From a bacterium (GTDB taxonomy: Bacteria > Zhuqueibacterota > Zhuqueibacteria > Oceanimicrobiales > Oceanimicrobiaceae), in assembly GCA_046758365.1 (NCBI GenBank), contig JBHIAC010000024.1, forward strand, positions 1 to 31,561: a DNA stretch of 31,561 nucleotides, in the 5' to 3' direction. The translations under genes were made by a program, and so were the position numbers. Each line of letters begins with the position of its first letter. Positions within the stretch are counted from its first letter, which is position 1. Below the pieces are notes generated by a model. That model saw only the letters and a list, made by a program, of their open reading frames with translations, was not told the origin of the DNA and searched no databases. Positions 9,752 through 19,861 of the stretch are shown here, one piece after another.

Positions 9752-10120
9752 TTACAAGACTTCAGGAGCTAAAGAAATAATTTTCATAAAATATTTATCT
9801 CTCAGTTCCCTGGCCACCGGACCAAAAATTCTGGTTCCCCTGGGTTCTCTTTGATCATTGATTAAGACTGCCGCGTTTTCATCAAACCGAATATATGACC
9901 CATCATACCGTCGAATTTCTTTCTTAGTTCGGACTATGACAGCCTTGCTTACTTCTCCTTTCTTTACTCCACTCCCTGGAATAGCTGATTTCACCGATAC
10001 CACAATTTCGTCGCCGATATGAGCATATTTTTTTTTAGTACTCCCGGGTACCATAATACACATCACTCTCTTTGCCCCGGTATTATCTGCCACATTCAAT
10101 TGCGTATATTGCTGAATCAT
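9752..10120 (-). CDS. rplN: 50S ribosomal protein uL14
   Basis: [28 protein letters not shown]. Confidence 0.99.
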   Translation of the reverse strand: MIQQYTQLNVADNTGAKRVMCIMVPGSTKKKYAHIGDEIVVSVKSAIPGSGVKKGEVSKAVIVRTKKEIRRYDGSYIRFDENAAVLINDQREPRGTRIFGPVARELRDKYFMKIISLAPEVL

Positions 10121-10166
10121 CCAACAACTCTCCTAACTGAGCGAATTAACAACACATTATTATTGG

Positions 10167-10424
10167 TCATTTAGCTTTCTCAATGATTTCAACTAATCGC
10201 CACCTTTTCATTTTGCTTAGAGGTCTTGTTTCCATTATTTTAACTATATCGCCAATCTGACACTGATTTTCCTTATCATGTGCCATAAATTTTGATGTTT
10301 TTTTAAAATATTTCCTGTACAAAGGATGTTTAACCAGTCGTTCTACTGCCACAACAATACTTTTATCCATTTGGTTGGAGACTACCTTACCAATTTTGGT
10401 TTTTCTGACTCCTCGTTTTGTCAT
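10167..10424 (-). CDS. rpsQ: 30S ribosomal protein uS17
   Basis: [25 protein letters not shown]. Start trimmed to ATG 10424. Confidence 0.97.
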   Translation of the reverse strand: MTKRGVRKTKIGKVVSNQMDKSIVVAVERLVKHPLYRKYFKKTSKFMAHDKENQCQIGDIVKIMETRPLSKMKRWRLVEIIEKAK

Positions 10425-10455
10425 TATCTTTCCATTATGAATTTTGGATATCATG

Positions 10456-10668
10456 TTAACCTTCTTTAGACTGTCGAATGCCTAATTCAAATTCATGTAA
10501 TACGGTCTTTAATCGAGCGATATCTTTTCTAACTTCTCTTAATCGAAGTGGATTATCTAATTGATGCATGGCATGTTGAAAACGAAGATTATACAATTCC
10601 TCTATTGCATCCGCTAGTTTTAATTCAATTTCAGATTTGGGCAGTTCTTTTATCTCTTGCATTTTCAT
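10456..10668 (-). CDS. rpmC: 50S ribosomal protein uL29
   Basis: [22 protein letters not shown]. Start trimmed to ATG 10668. Confidence 0.97.
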   Translation of the reverse strand: MKMQEIKELPKSEIELKLADAIEELYNLRFQHAMHQLDNPLRLREVRKDIARLKTVLHEFELGIRQSKEG

Positions 10669-10672
10669 AATT

Positions 10673-11092
10673 TTATTCACCAAAATCTGATTGACTTACA
10701 AATCTCGTTTGGACGGGTAATTTATGAGAAGCTAATCGCAAAGCTTCCCGCGCCATTACTTCAGAAACACCTCCCAACTCAAATAAAACTCTTCCTGGTT
10801 TAACTACGGCCACCCAATATTCTGGTGAACCTTTTCCCTTGCCCATACGCGTTTCTGCTGGTTTTTGTGTAACGGGTTTATCTGGAAAAATTCTTATCCA
10901 AACTTTACCCCCTCTCTTGATATATCGGGTCATGGCAATTCGTGCTGCTTCAATTTGACGTGCTGTGATCCAACCTGGGGTTATAGCTTTCAAACCATAC
11001 TGTCCAAAAGCAATTTTTGAGCCTCTTATGGCTTTGCCCTTCATGCGTCCTCGCTGCTGCTTGCGATATTTTACCCGTTTTGGCATTAACAT
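10673..11092 (-). CDS. rplP: 50S ribosomal protein uL16
   Basis: [25 protein letters not shown]. Confidence 0.99.
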   Translation of the reverse strand: MLMPKRVKYRKQQRGRMKGKAIRGSKIAFGQYGLKAITPGWITARQIEAARIAMTRYIKRGGKVWIRIFPDKPVTQKPAETRMGKGKGSPEYWVAVVKPGRVLFELGGVSEVMAREALRLASHKLPVQTRFVSQSDFGE

Positions 11093-11104
11093 ACATCTTA
11101 CTCC

Positions 11105-11734
11105 TTAAACACTTAAGACTTCTCCTTTACAAATCCAGACCTTTACTCCAATAGAACCATACGGAGTTTTGGCCGTTTTTTTCGCATAATCTATATCTGC
11201 ACGGAGAGTATGAAGAGGAATTCGCCCATCCTTGTAATGTTCTGTGCGGGCCATCTCGGCTCCACCCAGGCGGCCCGAGCATGAAATACGGACACCTTCA
11301 GCCCCCATACGCATGGTACTCATAACAGCTTTTTTCATAACTCTTCTAAATGAAATTTTAGATTCTAATTGATGAGCAACATTTTCAGCCACTAAAAAGG
11401 CATCTAATTCAGGTTTTTTTATTTCATTAATATTAAGTTGCACTTCCTTTTCTGTGAGTCTTTGCAACTCTTCTTTTAATTTATCGACTTCAGAACCTTT
11501 TCTTCCAATCACGATTCCGGGTCTTGCCGTATGAATCGCTAAGGTAATTCGCTGAGAAGTCCTTTCAATTTGTATAGTCGAAACACCAGCGTTTTGTAAC
11601 CTGCTTTGAATATACCGTCTAAGCATGAAATCTTCTTTTAATTTGTCTGCGAATTCGCGTTCATCATACCAATTGGATTCCCAATTCCTTATAATTCCCA
11701 ACCGCAGACCTACGGGATTCGTTTTTTGTCCCAA
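11105..11734 (-). CDS. rpsC: 30S ribosomal protein uS3
   Basis: [34 protein letters not shown] start with GGAGG SD. Confidence 0.99.
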   Translation of the reverse strand: MGQKTNPVGLRLGIIRNWESNWYDEREFADKLKEDFMLRRYIQSRLQNAGVSTIQIERTSQRITLAIHTARPGIVIGRKGSEVDKLKEELQRLTEKEVQLNINEIKKPELDAFLVAENVAHQLESKISFRRVMKKAVMSTMRMGAEGVRISCSGRLGGAEMARTEHYKDGRIPLHTLRADIDYAKKTAKTPYGSIGVKVWICKGEVLSV

Positions 11735-11770
11735 AATACCTCCATATTTAAATAGTTCTACATAATATTT

Positions 11771-12112
11771 TTACAATTCAGAAACCACAATAGTAATGTG
11801 GCACGTAGGTCGCTTCATTCTCATAGCACGTCCCATAGAAGCAGCCCTATATCTACGGAAACAAAAGCCTTTATCCACACGGGCTTCTTTGATAAATAAA
11901 TCTTCTGGATCGACTTTTGAAGCCCCTTCAATGTTTAATATATTGGCCACGGCTGATCTTAAGGTCTTCTCAACGGGCAGAGCCGCGGCTTTCCGTGTAT
12001 AGTGCAATATATTTAAGGCCTTATCGACCTGTATACCACGAACCAAATCTACTACCTGTCTGACTTTTCTTGGTGACATCCTAACATATTTTGCGACAGC
12101 GCGAGCTTCCAT
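11771..12112 (-). CDS. rplV: 50S ribosomal protein uL22
   Basis: SPRKVR, SAVAN, GRA, HITIVV; lies between rpsS and rpsC. Confidence 0.98.
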   Translation of the reverse strand: MEARAVAKYVRMSPRKVRQVVDLVRGIQVDKALNILHYTRKAAALPVEKTLRSAVANILNIEGASKVDPEDLFIKEARVDKGFCFRRYRAASMGRAMRMKRPTCHITIVVSEL

Positions 12113-12129
12113 ATTTCCACCGAACGATA

Positions 12130-12408
12130 TTACTTAATTTTTGTAGATCTCTCGGCCGCCTTACCTCCATGACCTCTAAAAGTACGGGTAGGTGAGAACT
12201 CACCGAGCTTATGTCCAACCATATTTTCTGTTATAAATACGGGTACGAATTTATTACCATTATGAACGGCTAATGTATGTCCTACGAATTCTGGTGTAAT
12301 TGTAGAACGCCTTGCCCAAGTTTTAATCACTTTTTTTCGTTTTAACTCGCGAATACGTTTCAAGAGCTTTTCATCAACATAAGGGCCTTTTTTTACTGAA
12401 CGAGGCAT
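12130..12408 (-). CDS. rpsS: 30S ribosomal protein uS19
   Basis: [24 protein letters not shown]. Confidence 0.99.
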   Translation of the reverse strand: MPRSVKKGPYVDEKLLKRIRELKRKKVIKTWARRSTITPEFVGHTLAVHNGNKFVPVFITENMVGHKLGEFSPTRTFRGHGGKAAERSTKIK

Positions 12409-12423
12409 ATGATTCCTTTAATC

Positions 12424-13245
12424 TTATTTTCTTTTGTTGACAATATAATCATCAGATTTCTTTTTCTTTCTTGTATTGCCACCTTTTGCAGGTTTTCCCC
12501 AGGGTGAACACGGATGCCTTCCCCCAGAGGCTTTTCCTTCACCACCCCCCATAGGATGATCAACAGGATTCATGGCAACACCCCGTACATGGGGTCTTCT
12601 TCCTAACCATCGAGACCTTCCTGCCTTCCCAGAAGAAACATTTTCATGATCGACATTTCCTACTTGACCTATTGTGGCACGACATTCTTGCCGAACCATC
12701 CTTACTTCACCGGAAGGCAACTTAAGTTGAGCGTAGTCACCTTCTTTGGCAACCAACTGGGCATAAGTTCCCGCACCTCGGGCCAATTGGCCGCCTTTCC
12801 TTGCAACAAGTTCAACATTATGAATCAGTGTGCCTAACGGAATATTCCTTAAAGGCATTGCATTGCCAATTCTAATTTCAGCGCCTTCACCAGACATCAA
12901 TTGGTCGCCAACCTTTAAACCCAATGATGCTAAAATGTATCTTTTCTCACCATCTTTGTAGTGCAGCAGGGCAATATTGGCTGAACGATTGGGATCATAC
13001 TCAATAGCGGCTACTCGTGCTGGAATCCCATCTTTATTTCGTTTGATGTCAAGATGACGGTACGTTCGTTTATGACCCCCTCCCCTGAAACGAGTGGTAA
13101 TATGGCCATTGTTATTTCGACCGCCAGTTTTCTTTAGCGGTCGTAATAGCGACTTTTCAGGATTATCTCTAGTTATCTCGTCATAGGTTAGAACCGCGCG
13201 ATATCTCTGACTTGGTGTTGTGGGTTTGAATTTTTTTAAGCCCAT
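12424..13245 (-). CDS. rplB: 50S ribosomal protein uL2
   Basis: [27 protein letters not shown]. Confidence 0.99.
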   Translation of the reverse strand: MGLKKFKPTTPSQRYRAVLTYDEITRDNPEKSLLRPLKKTGGRNNNGHITTRFRGGGHKRTYRHLDIKRNKDGIPARVAAIEYDPNRSANIALLHYKDGEKRYILASLGLKVGDQLMSGEGAEIRIGNAMPLRNIPLGTLIHNVELVARKGGQLARGAGTYAQLVAKEGDYAQLKLPSGEVRMVRQECRATIGQVGNVDHENVSSGKAGRSRWLGRRPHVRGVAMNPVDHPMGGGEGKASGGRHPCSPWGKPAKGGNTRKKKKSDDYIVNKRK

Positions 13246-13250
13246 TCTTT

Positions 13251-13559
13251 TTACCCTTGTTGACCTTGAAATAAATCTATCATGTGACCTTCTCGAAGAG
13301 TCACAATGGCCTTTTTCCAGTCAGAACGCTTACCCCGGGTGATACCTCGACGTGTGTTCATGTGCTTACTTTTACCCATAACATTGATGGTGTGAACATT
13401 TACCACTTGTACGCCAAATTTGTTTTCAACAGCCTTTTTTATTTCGATTTTATTTGCCTGCTTTGCTACTTTAAAAGCATACTTTCGTTCTTCTTCCTGC
13501 AACCGAAGCATTTTTTCTGTGAGAAGAGGTTTTATTAGTATGGTTTCTATGCTCTTCAT
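13251..13559 (-). CDS. rplW: 50S ribosomal protein uL23
   Basis: [29 protein letters not shown] overlap with rplD. Confidence 0.98.
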   Translation of the reverse strand: MKSIETILIKPLLTEKMLRLQEEERKYAFKVAKQANKIEIKKAVENKFGVQVVNVHTINVMGKSKHMNTRRGITRGKRSDWKKAIVTLREGHMIDLFQGQQG

Positions 13560-14185
13560 CTTTTTAATACCCCTGATATTTTCTCGATTGCTCCCTGCTG
13601 GATTAATATTCTCTCACAATTCAATAAATCGTATGTGGACACGGTTGTAGCCATCTTTATATTTAAATTAGGAATATTACGTCCAGCCCTCAAAATCATA
13701 GGATCATATTCAGCAAGAAGTAAAAGAGTTTTTTGATTTTCAACTCCCAAGGACTGTAAGATGGTAAACAATTCTTTTGTTTTCGGATTTTCTAATTTAA
13801 AATCTTCAATAAGAGTGATTTGGTTATTCTTTGCCTTATCAGATAATACCGAAATTCGAGCTAATTTTTTAACTTTTTTAGGGAGCTTAATAGTAAAGTC
13901 CCGCGGGTGAGGGCCAAAAGTACGTCCACCCCCTACCCATATTGGAGAACGAATGGTACCAGCGCGAGCCACACCACGCCCTTTTTGCCGCCAAGGTTTC
14001 TTACCGCCTCCTCTGACCATGGTGCGAGTCTTAGTAGCTGCAGTTCCCTGCCTGGAATTAGCATTTTGTGCCTTAACCGCTAAATAAACGGCATGAACGT
14101 TTGGCTCAATTCCAAAAATTTCAGCAGGTATCTGCACCTTTTTACCAGAAGTTCTACCAGCACGATTGTAAACTTCGACTTCCAT
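13556..14185 (-). CDS. rplD: 50S ribosomal protein uL4
   Basis: RQGT..TKTR, GGGKKPWRQKG, RSP..GGG..FGP. Confidence 0.99.
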   Translation of the reverse strand: MEVEVYNRAGRTSGKKVQIPAEIFGIEPNVHAVYLAVKAQNANSRQGTAATKTRTMVRGGGKKPWRQKGRGVARAGTIRSPIWVGGGRTFGPHPRDFTIKLPKKVKKLARISVLSDKAKNNQITLIEDFKLENPKTKELFTILQSLGVENQKTLLLLAEYDPMILRAGRNIPNLNIKMATTVSTYDLLNCERILIQQGAIEKISGVLKR

Positions 14186-14187
14186 AT

Positions 14188-14817
14188 TTAACTTTCGTTT
14201 TTCCTTATTATGACTAAGCCTCCATTGGGGCCAGGAACCCCTCCTTCAATTATAATAATATTTTTTTCTGGATAAACTTTTATAACTCTTAAATTTTTAA
14301 CAGTTACTTTTTTATTTCCCATTCTTCCAGCCATTTTTAATCCCTTGAAAACGCGGGAAGGGAACGAAGATTGTCCCAAAGAACCGGGCGCCCGCAAGCG
14401 ATCGCTTTGCCCATGAGATTTGGGGCCTCCACTAAAGCCATGTCTCTTTAGAACACCTTGAAAGCCTTTACCCTTGGACCAACCAGTGACCCGCACTATT
14501 TCACCTTCAGTAAAGAAGTCCACAGTAATGGAATCTCCTAATTTAAGAGAGTCCGCATCTGTGAATCCTCTAAATTCTTTTAATATTCGCTTTGGCTTGA
14601 CACCAGCATTTGCAAAATGTCCCAATTCAGGCTTTGTGGTATGTTTTTCTTTTTTATCCTCATATCCTACTTGAATGGCATTATAGCCATCACTCTCTTG
14701 AGTCTTTATTTGTGTAACAACACATGGACCTGCTTCAATAACAGTTACCGGCATATCCCTACCTTGGCTATCAAATAGCCTGGTCATACCGCTTTTTCTA
14801 CCAATTAGCCCGCTCAT
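14188..14817 (-). CDS. rplC: 50S ribosomal protein uL3
   Basis: [28 protein letters not shown]. Confidence 0.99.
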   Translation of the reverse strand: MSGLIGRKSGMTRLFDSQGRDMPVTVIEAGPCVVTQIKTQESDGYNAIQVGYEDKKEKHTTKPELGHFANAGVKPKRILKEFRGFTDADSLKLGDSITVDFFTEGEIVRVTGWSKGKGFQGVLKRHGFSGGPKSHGQSDRLRAPGSLGQSSFPSRVFKGLKMAGRMGNKKVTVKNLRVIKVYPEKNIIIIEGGVPGPNGGLVIIRKNES

Positions 14818-14870
14818 TTCGTCAATATAGCCCTCGTTTTGTCAATTATAAATCTATTTTTAATCTCAAT

Positions 14871-15179
14871 TCAGACTTTAATTTCAACATCCACTCCCGC
14901 GGGCAGTTCAAGCTTCATTAATGCGTCTACGGTTTTTGGTGTTGAATTTAAAATATCAATCAATCGCTTATGAATACGGGTTTCAAACTGTTCTCTAGAC
15001 TTCTTATCGACATGAGGAGAACGCAGTACTGTATACAGTGATCGCTTAATAGGCAATGGCACTGGGCCTGAGATCGCTGCTCCTGTTGCTTTCGCAGTTC
15101 TAATGATTTTATCTGTGGACTTGTCAATAAGCCGATGATCGTAAGCTTTAAGTTTTATTCTTATTTTTTGACCAACCAC
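14871..15179 (-). CDS. rpsJ: 30S ribosomal protein uS10
   Basis: [26 protein letters not shown] start with GGGAG SD. Confidence 0.99.
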   Translation of the reverse strand: MVGQKIRIKLKAYDHRLIDKSTDKIIRTAKATGAAISGPVPLPIKRSLYTVLRSPHVDKKSREQFETRIHKRLIDILNSTPKTVDALMKLELPAGVDVEIKV

Positions 15180-15280
15180 TTAATTTTTACTCCCACATAT
15201 TTGATTACTGTAAAGTGCGATATTCGTAATAATCATTTCACTCGTGCCATTCAAATATAACGTACTGGTTAACATAAGAT

Positions 15281-15302
15281 AGCCCTGTTAAATAACAGGG
15301 CT
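15281..15302 (-). terminator. Strong hairpin after tuf (weak terminator, attenuator or mRNA-stability hairpin)
   Basis: AGCCCUGUU-AUUU-AACAGGGCU, 9-bp perfect stem. The tail AUCUUAUGUU is a poor U-tract. Confidence 0.5.
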
Positions 15303-15323
15303 TAGCCTAAGAATCTATAAAAG

Positions 15324-16514
15324 TTATTCTATTATTTTGGTTACAACTCCAGCACCTACGGTACGACCACCTTCCCGAATAGCAAACCGCAGGCCTTCTT
15401 CCATAGCGATTGGAGCGATTAACTCCACTTCCATATTGACATTATCCCCAGGCATAACCATTTCTACGCCTTCGGGCATTTTGATTACGCCAGTAACATC
15501 AGTGGTTCTAAAATAGAACTGAGGTCGATACCCATTAAAGAAGGGTGTGTGGCGCCCACCTTCTTCTTTGGTCAGAACATAAACTTCACCATTAAACTTA
15601 GTGTGAGGAGTAATACTACCTGGCTTAGCGACAACCATACCTCGTTCCAGTTCTTCTTTTTCAACTCCACGAAGAAGTAATCCAACGTTATCTCCTGCTT
15701 CACCGTAATCCAAGGTTTTACGAAACATTTCAACACCAGTAACCACACTTTTTCTTTTAGCTCCCAATCCTACAATTTCCACATCGTCACCAGTTTTAAT
15801 TTGACCCCTTTCAATTCGACCCGTACCTACTGTGCCACGGCCTGTAATACTAAACACATCTTCAACAGGCATAAGAAATGGTTTATCTTTTTCACGGGAA
15901 GGTGTGGGGACATATTCGTCCACAGCATCCATTAACTCGAAAATAGGTTTGGTTTTTTCTTTGACATCAGGGTTTGTCAGTGCTTCAAGCGCGCTTCCTT
16001 TAATAATAGGAATTTCATCACCAGGGAAATCATATTGACTTAAAAGCTCACGAAGTTCCAGTTCAACTAACTCTAATAGTTCGGGATCGTCAACCATGTC
16101 CACTTTATTTAAAAAGACAACGATGTAAGGGACGCCAACTTGCCGAGCAAGCAAAATATGCTCGCGAGTTTGAGGCATTGGCCCATCAGCAGCACTGACT
16201 ACTAAAATAGCCCCATCCATTTGTGCTGCCCCGGTAATCATGTTTTTCACATAGTCAGCATGTCCTGGGCAGTCTACGTGGGCATAATGACGTTTATCGG
16301 TTTCATACTCCACATGGGCCGTGGCAATGGTAATTCCTCGTGCCTTTTCTTCCGGTGCGTTGTCAATGGAATCAAAGCTACGATATTCCGCCAAACCCTT
16401 TTTATTTAAAAGCATAGTCATAGCTGAAGTGAGGGTCGTTTTGCCATGGTCTACATGTCCAATAGTCCCAACGTTTATATGGGGCTTTGTTCTTTCGAAT
16501 TTCTGTTTAGCCAT
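15324..16514 (-). CDS. tuf: Elongation factor Tu
   Basis: [34 protein letters not shown]. Confidence 0.99.
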   Translation of the reverse strand: MAKQKFERTKPHINVGTIGHVDHGKTTLTSAMTMLLNKKGLAEYRSFDSIDNAPEEKARGITIATAHVEYETDKRHYAHVDCPGHADYVKNMITGAAQMDGAILVVSAADGPMPQTREHILLARQVGVPYIVVFLNKVDMVDDPELLELVELELRELLSQYDFPGDEIPIIKGSALEALTNPDVKEKTKPIFELMDAVDEYVPTPSREKDKPFLMPVEDVFSITGRGTVGTGRIERGQIKTGDDVEIVGLGAKRKSVVTGVEMFRKTLDYGEAGDNVGLLLRGVEKEELERGMVVAKPGSITPHTKFNGEVYVLTKEEGGRHTPFFNGYRPQFYFRTTDVTGVIKMPEGVEMVMPGDNVNMEVELIAPIAMEEGLRFAIREGGRTVGAGVVTKIIE

Positions 16515-16598
16515 GATTAATTCCTCCAGATTAAAATAATTTCTCTATTCAATTAAATCCTTTAGCAATGAATACCAAATTGATATTAGTAGTTCAAA

Positions 16599-18680
16599 TT
16601 ATATTACAGTCGCTTTTTCCATGACTTTTTCTGAAACAGATTGTGGCGCTAATTCATATTTCGAAAATTGCATAGTATAAATAGCACGTCCTTGAGTTAA
16701 TGAACGCAAAGTGGTAGCATAACCAAACATTTCGCTTAAAGGAACCGTGGCGGTGACTACTTGGGCATCTTTACGAGGGAATATACCTCGTATCTTTCCA
16801 CGACGACTGTTTAAATCCCCCATAACATCCCCTAAATACTCCTCGGGAACGATTACTTCCACATCCATGACAGGCTCCATAAGAACAGGATCTGCTTTTA
16901 ACACAGCATTTTTTAAAGCAATAGACCCTGCTACTTTAAATGCAATATCTGATGAATCAACATCATGATAAGAGCCATTCAGTAAAGTTACTTTAATATC
17001 AATTAAAGGATAACCAGCTAATACGCCGTTGGACATGGCATCTTTAATGCCCATAGCTACAGGATTAATGAATTCTTTCGGAATTGTACCACCTACAATC
17101 TTATTAGCAAACTCAAATCCTTTACCTTTTTCAGAGGGTTCAATTTCTATGACCACATGACCATACTGGCCTTTGCCGCCGCTTTGTCGAATAAACTTTC
17201 CTTCAGCTTGAGCCTTTTTCGTAATAGCTTCCTTATAAGCGACTTGGGGTCTACCGACGTTAGCCCCTACTTTGAATTCACGAAGTAATCGATCTACTAA
17301 AATCTCAAGGTGCAGCTCTCCCATCCCATAGATTACTGTTTGTCCAGTCTCCTCATTTGATTTTATTTGAAAAGTTGGATCCTCTTCTGCCAATTTATTC
17401 AATGACCGACCAAGCTTTTCCTGATCCACTTTCGTTTTTGGTTCGATTGCCACCGCGATTACTGGTTCTGGAAAATACATAGATTCGAGAATAATAGGCT
17501 TATTTTCTACACATAAAGTATCTCCGGTTTTTACGTCTTTTAACCCAACGGCTGCAACAATGTCCCCAGTAAAAACCTCTTGAATATCTTCTCTTTTATT
17601 TGCAGACATCAACAAAATACGTCCCAAACGCTCTCTTTTCTTTGTATTCGAATTATACACATAGGTACCGGCTCTTGCTGTACCCGAATAAACTCTAAAA
17701 TAGGTAAGCCTTCCCACATAAGGGTCTGTCATAATTTTAAAAGCCAGTGCAGAAAACGGCTCGTCATCCGAGGGTTTTCTAGAAATTACTTCTTCCGTTT
17801 TAGGATGATGACCTAATATCTCTGGAATTTCTTCTGGCGATGGAAGATAACTTACCACAGCGTCTAATAATCTTTGAATACCTTTATTTTTAAACGCTGA
17901 ACCTAATAACACGGGTATAATTCTTACATTTATGGTTGCTTTTCGAACAGCCCTAATAATGTCCGTTTCATCGATTTGATGACCTTCAAGGTATTTTTCA
18001 AGAAGGGAGTCATCATATTCCGAAATGGATTCCAATAGATGTGTTCTATATTCAGAAGCCTTTTTTTCTAAATCATGAGGAATTTCGATCTCATCCCATG
18101 TAGAGCCCAAACTATCCTCATGAAAAATAACAGATTTCATGCTTATTAGGTCTATTAATCCTGCAAACATATCCCCTTCACCAATCGGGATTTGAACAGG
18201 AACAACTTTGGCGCCTAAACGCTTTTTAATCATATCAACAACACCATAAAAATCGGCTCCAACCCGGTCCATTTTATTGATAAAAGCTATTCGAGGAATA
18301 TAATATTTATCCGCTTGTCGCCAAACCGTCTCCGATTGGGGTTCAACACCACCAACTGCACAAAAAAGAGCAATGGCTCCATCTAAAACTCTAAGGGACC
18401 TTTCAACTTCAACAGTAAAATCAACATGACCAGGGGTATCTATAATATTTATTCGATGATTTTTCCATAAGCAGGTTATAGCCGCAGAAGTTATAGTAAT
18501 ACCACGTTCTTTTTCTTGTGCCATCCAATCCATGGTTGCCGCACCATCATGAACTTCACCCATTCGATGTATTTTTCCAGCGTAGAATAAAATACGTTCT
18601 GTCGTAGTAGTTTTGCCCGCATCAATGTGAGCCATAATTCCTATATTTCTTGTTTTTTGTAAGAGATGCTGTCTTGACAT
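16599..18680 (-). CDS. fusA: Elongation factor G
   Basis: [29 protein letters not shown]. Start trimmed to ATG 18680 (SD GGAG). Confidence 0.99.
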   Translation of the reverse strand: MSRQHLLQKTRNIGIMAHIDAGKTTTTERILFYAGKIHRMGEVHDGAATMDWMAQEKERGITITSAAITCLWKNHRINIIDTPGHVDFTVEVERSLRVLDGAIALFCAVGGVEPQSETVWRQADKYYIPRIAFINKMDRVGADFYGVVDMIKKRLGAKVVPVQIPIGEGDMFAGLIDLISMKSVIFHEDSLGSTWDEIEIPHDLEKKASEYRTHLLESISEYDDSLLEKYLEGHQIDETDIIRAVRKATINVRIIPVLLGSAFKNKGIQRLLDAVVSYLPSPEEIPEILGHHPKTEEVISRKPSDDEPFSALAFKIMTDPYVGRLTYFRVYSGTARAGTYVYNSNTKKRERLGRILLMSANKREDIQEVFTGDIVAAVGLKDVKTGDTLCVENKPIILESMYFPEPVIAVAIEPKTKVDQEKLGRSLNKLAEEDPTFQIKSNEETGQTVIYGMGELHLEILVDRLLREFKVGANVGRPQVAYKEAITKKAQAEGKFIRQSGGKGQYGHVVIEIEPSEKGKGFEFANKIVGGTIPKEFINPVAMGIKDAMSNGVLAGYPLIDIKVTLLNGSYHDVDSSDIAFKVAGSIALKNAVLKADPVLMEPVMDVEVIVPEEYLGDVMGDLNSRRGKIRGIFPRKDAQVVTATVPLSEMFGYATTLRSLTQGRAIYTMQFSKYELAPQSVSEKVMEKATVI

Positions 18681-18700
18681 AAAAAACTCCACAAATTTTT

Positions 18701-18904
18701 AAGAGAAAACCTAGCATTAGATTTTCTCTCTAAAAGTGTGGAGAGAAATTATTAATTACTAAGTCTTCTCTCGTTACCTTTTCTTTTTCATTGACCCATG
18801 CTTGAATGCATGAAAAAGGGAAGTATCAAAATTATCTTCCCTGTTGATTTAAAATATTTAAAAGCAACCAGACTGCCTTATATTTGGTTTAGGCTGGTTG
18901 CTTT
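18701..18904 (-). promoter_or_regulatory. Structured rpsG-fusA intercistronic region (several hairpins)
   Basis: Stems 18861-18871/18894-18904 (11 bp), 18817-18823/18836-18842, 18783-18791/18810-18818, 18741-18747/18766-18772 and 18702-18713/18718-18729. Confidence 0.6.
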
Positions 18905-18906
18905 GA

Positions 18907-19377
<471 letters not shown>

Positions 19378-19385
19378 CTAATAAA

Positions 19386-19757
19386 TTAACCTTTTCTTTT
19401 TGTGCCATATTTCGAACGGCCTTGATTGCGATCTTGAACACCACTGGTATCATAAACTCCCCGAACAATATGATACCTTACACCCGGAAGGTCTTTAACC
19501 CGGCCACCTCTAATCAATACAATGGAATGCTCTTGAAGGTTATGGCCTTCACCTGGAATATAAGCAGAAACCTCGAAACCGTTTGTGAGCCTAACCCTAG
19601 CTACTTTTCTTAGAGCTGAATTCGGTTTTTTGGGAGTCGTTGTATACACTCTCGTACAAACACCACGGCGTTGAGGTGAACCAGTTAAAGCTGGAGCCGC
19701 TGTCTTCTTTGTAATTTTTTTTCTACCTGATCTTATTAATTGATTAATTGTTGGCAA
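19386..19757 (-). CDS. rpsL: 30S ribosomal protein uS12
   Basis: [30 protein letters not shown] start with GGGAG SD. Confidence 0.99.
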   Translation of the reverse strand: MPTINQLIRSGRKKITKKTAAPALTGSPQRRGVCTRVYTTTPKKPNSALRKVARVRLTNGFEVSAYIPGEGHNLQEHSIVLIRGGRVKDLPGVRYHIVRGVYDTSGVQDRNQGRSKYGTKRKG

Positions 19758-19784
19758 TCTTGCTCCCTAAAATTATAAGCGTCT

Positions 19785-19813
19785 AATATAGATAATGTTT
19801 TCTAAAAATGCAA
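19785..19813 (-). promoter_or_regulatory. Sigma70-type promoter for the str (rpsL) operon
   Basis: Minus strand TTGCAT (19813-19808), 17 nt, TATATT (19790-19785), with an A-tract upstream resembling an UP element. Confidence 0.65.
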
Positions 19814-19861
19814 CTATTTTTTACAATATTTTAAGATACCTGGGTTAAATATTACAATGAA

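Noticed and set aside
18775..18812. Mini-ORFs MHSSMGQ and MKKKR in the rpsG-fusA spacer as leader peptides
   Set aside because: They have no convincing SD and are too short to distinguish from chance without conservation data.
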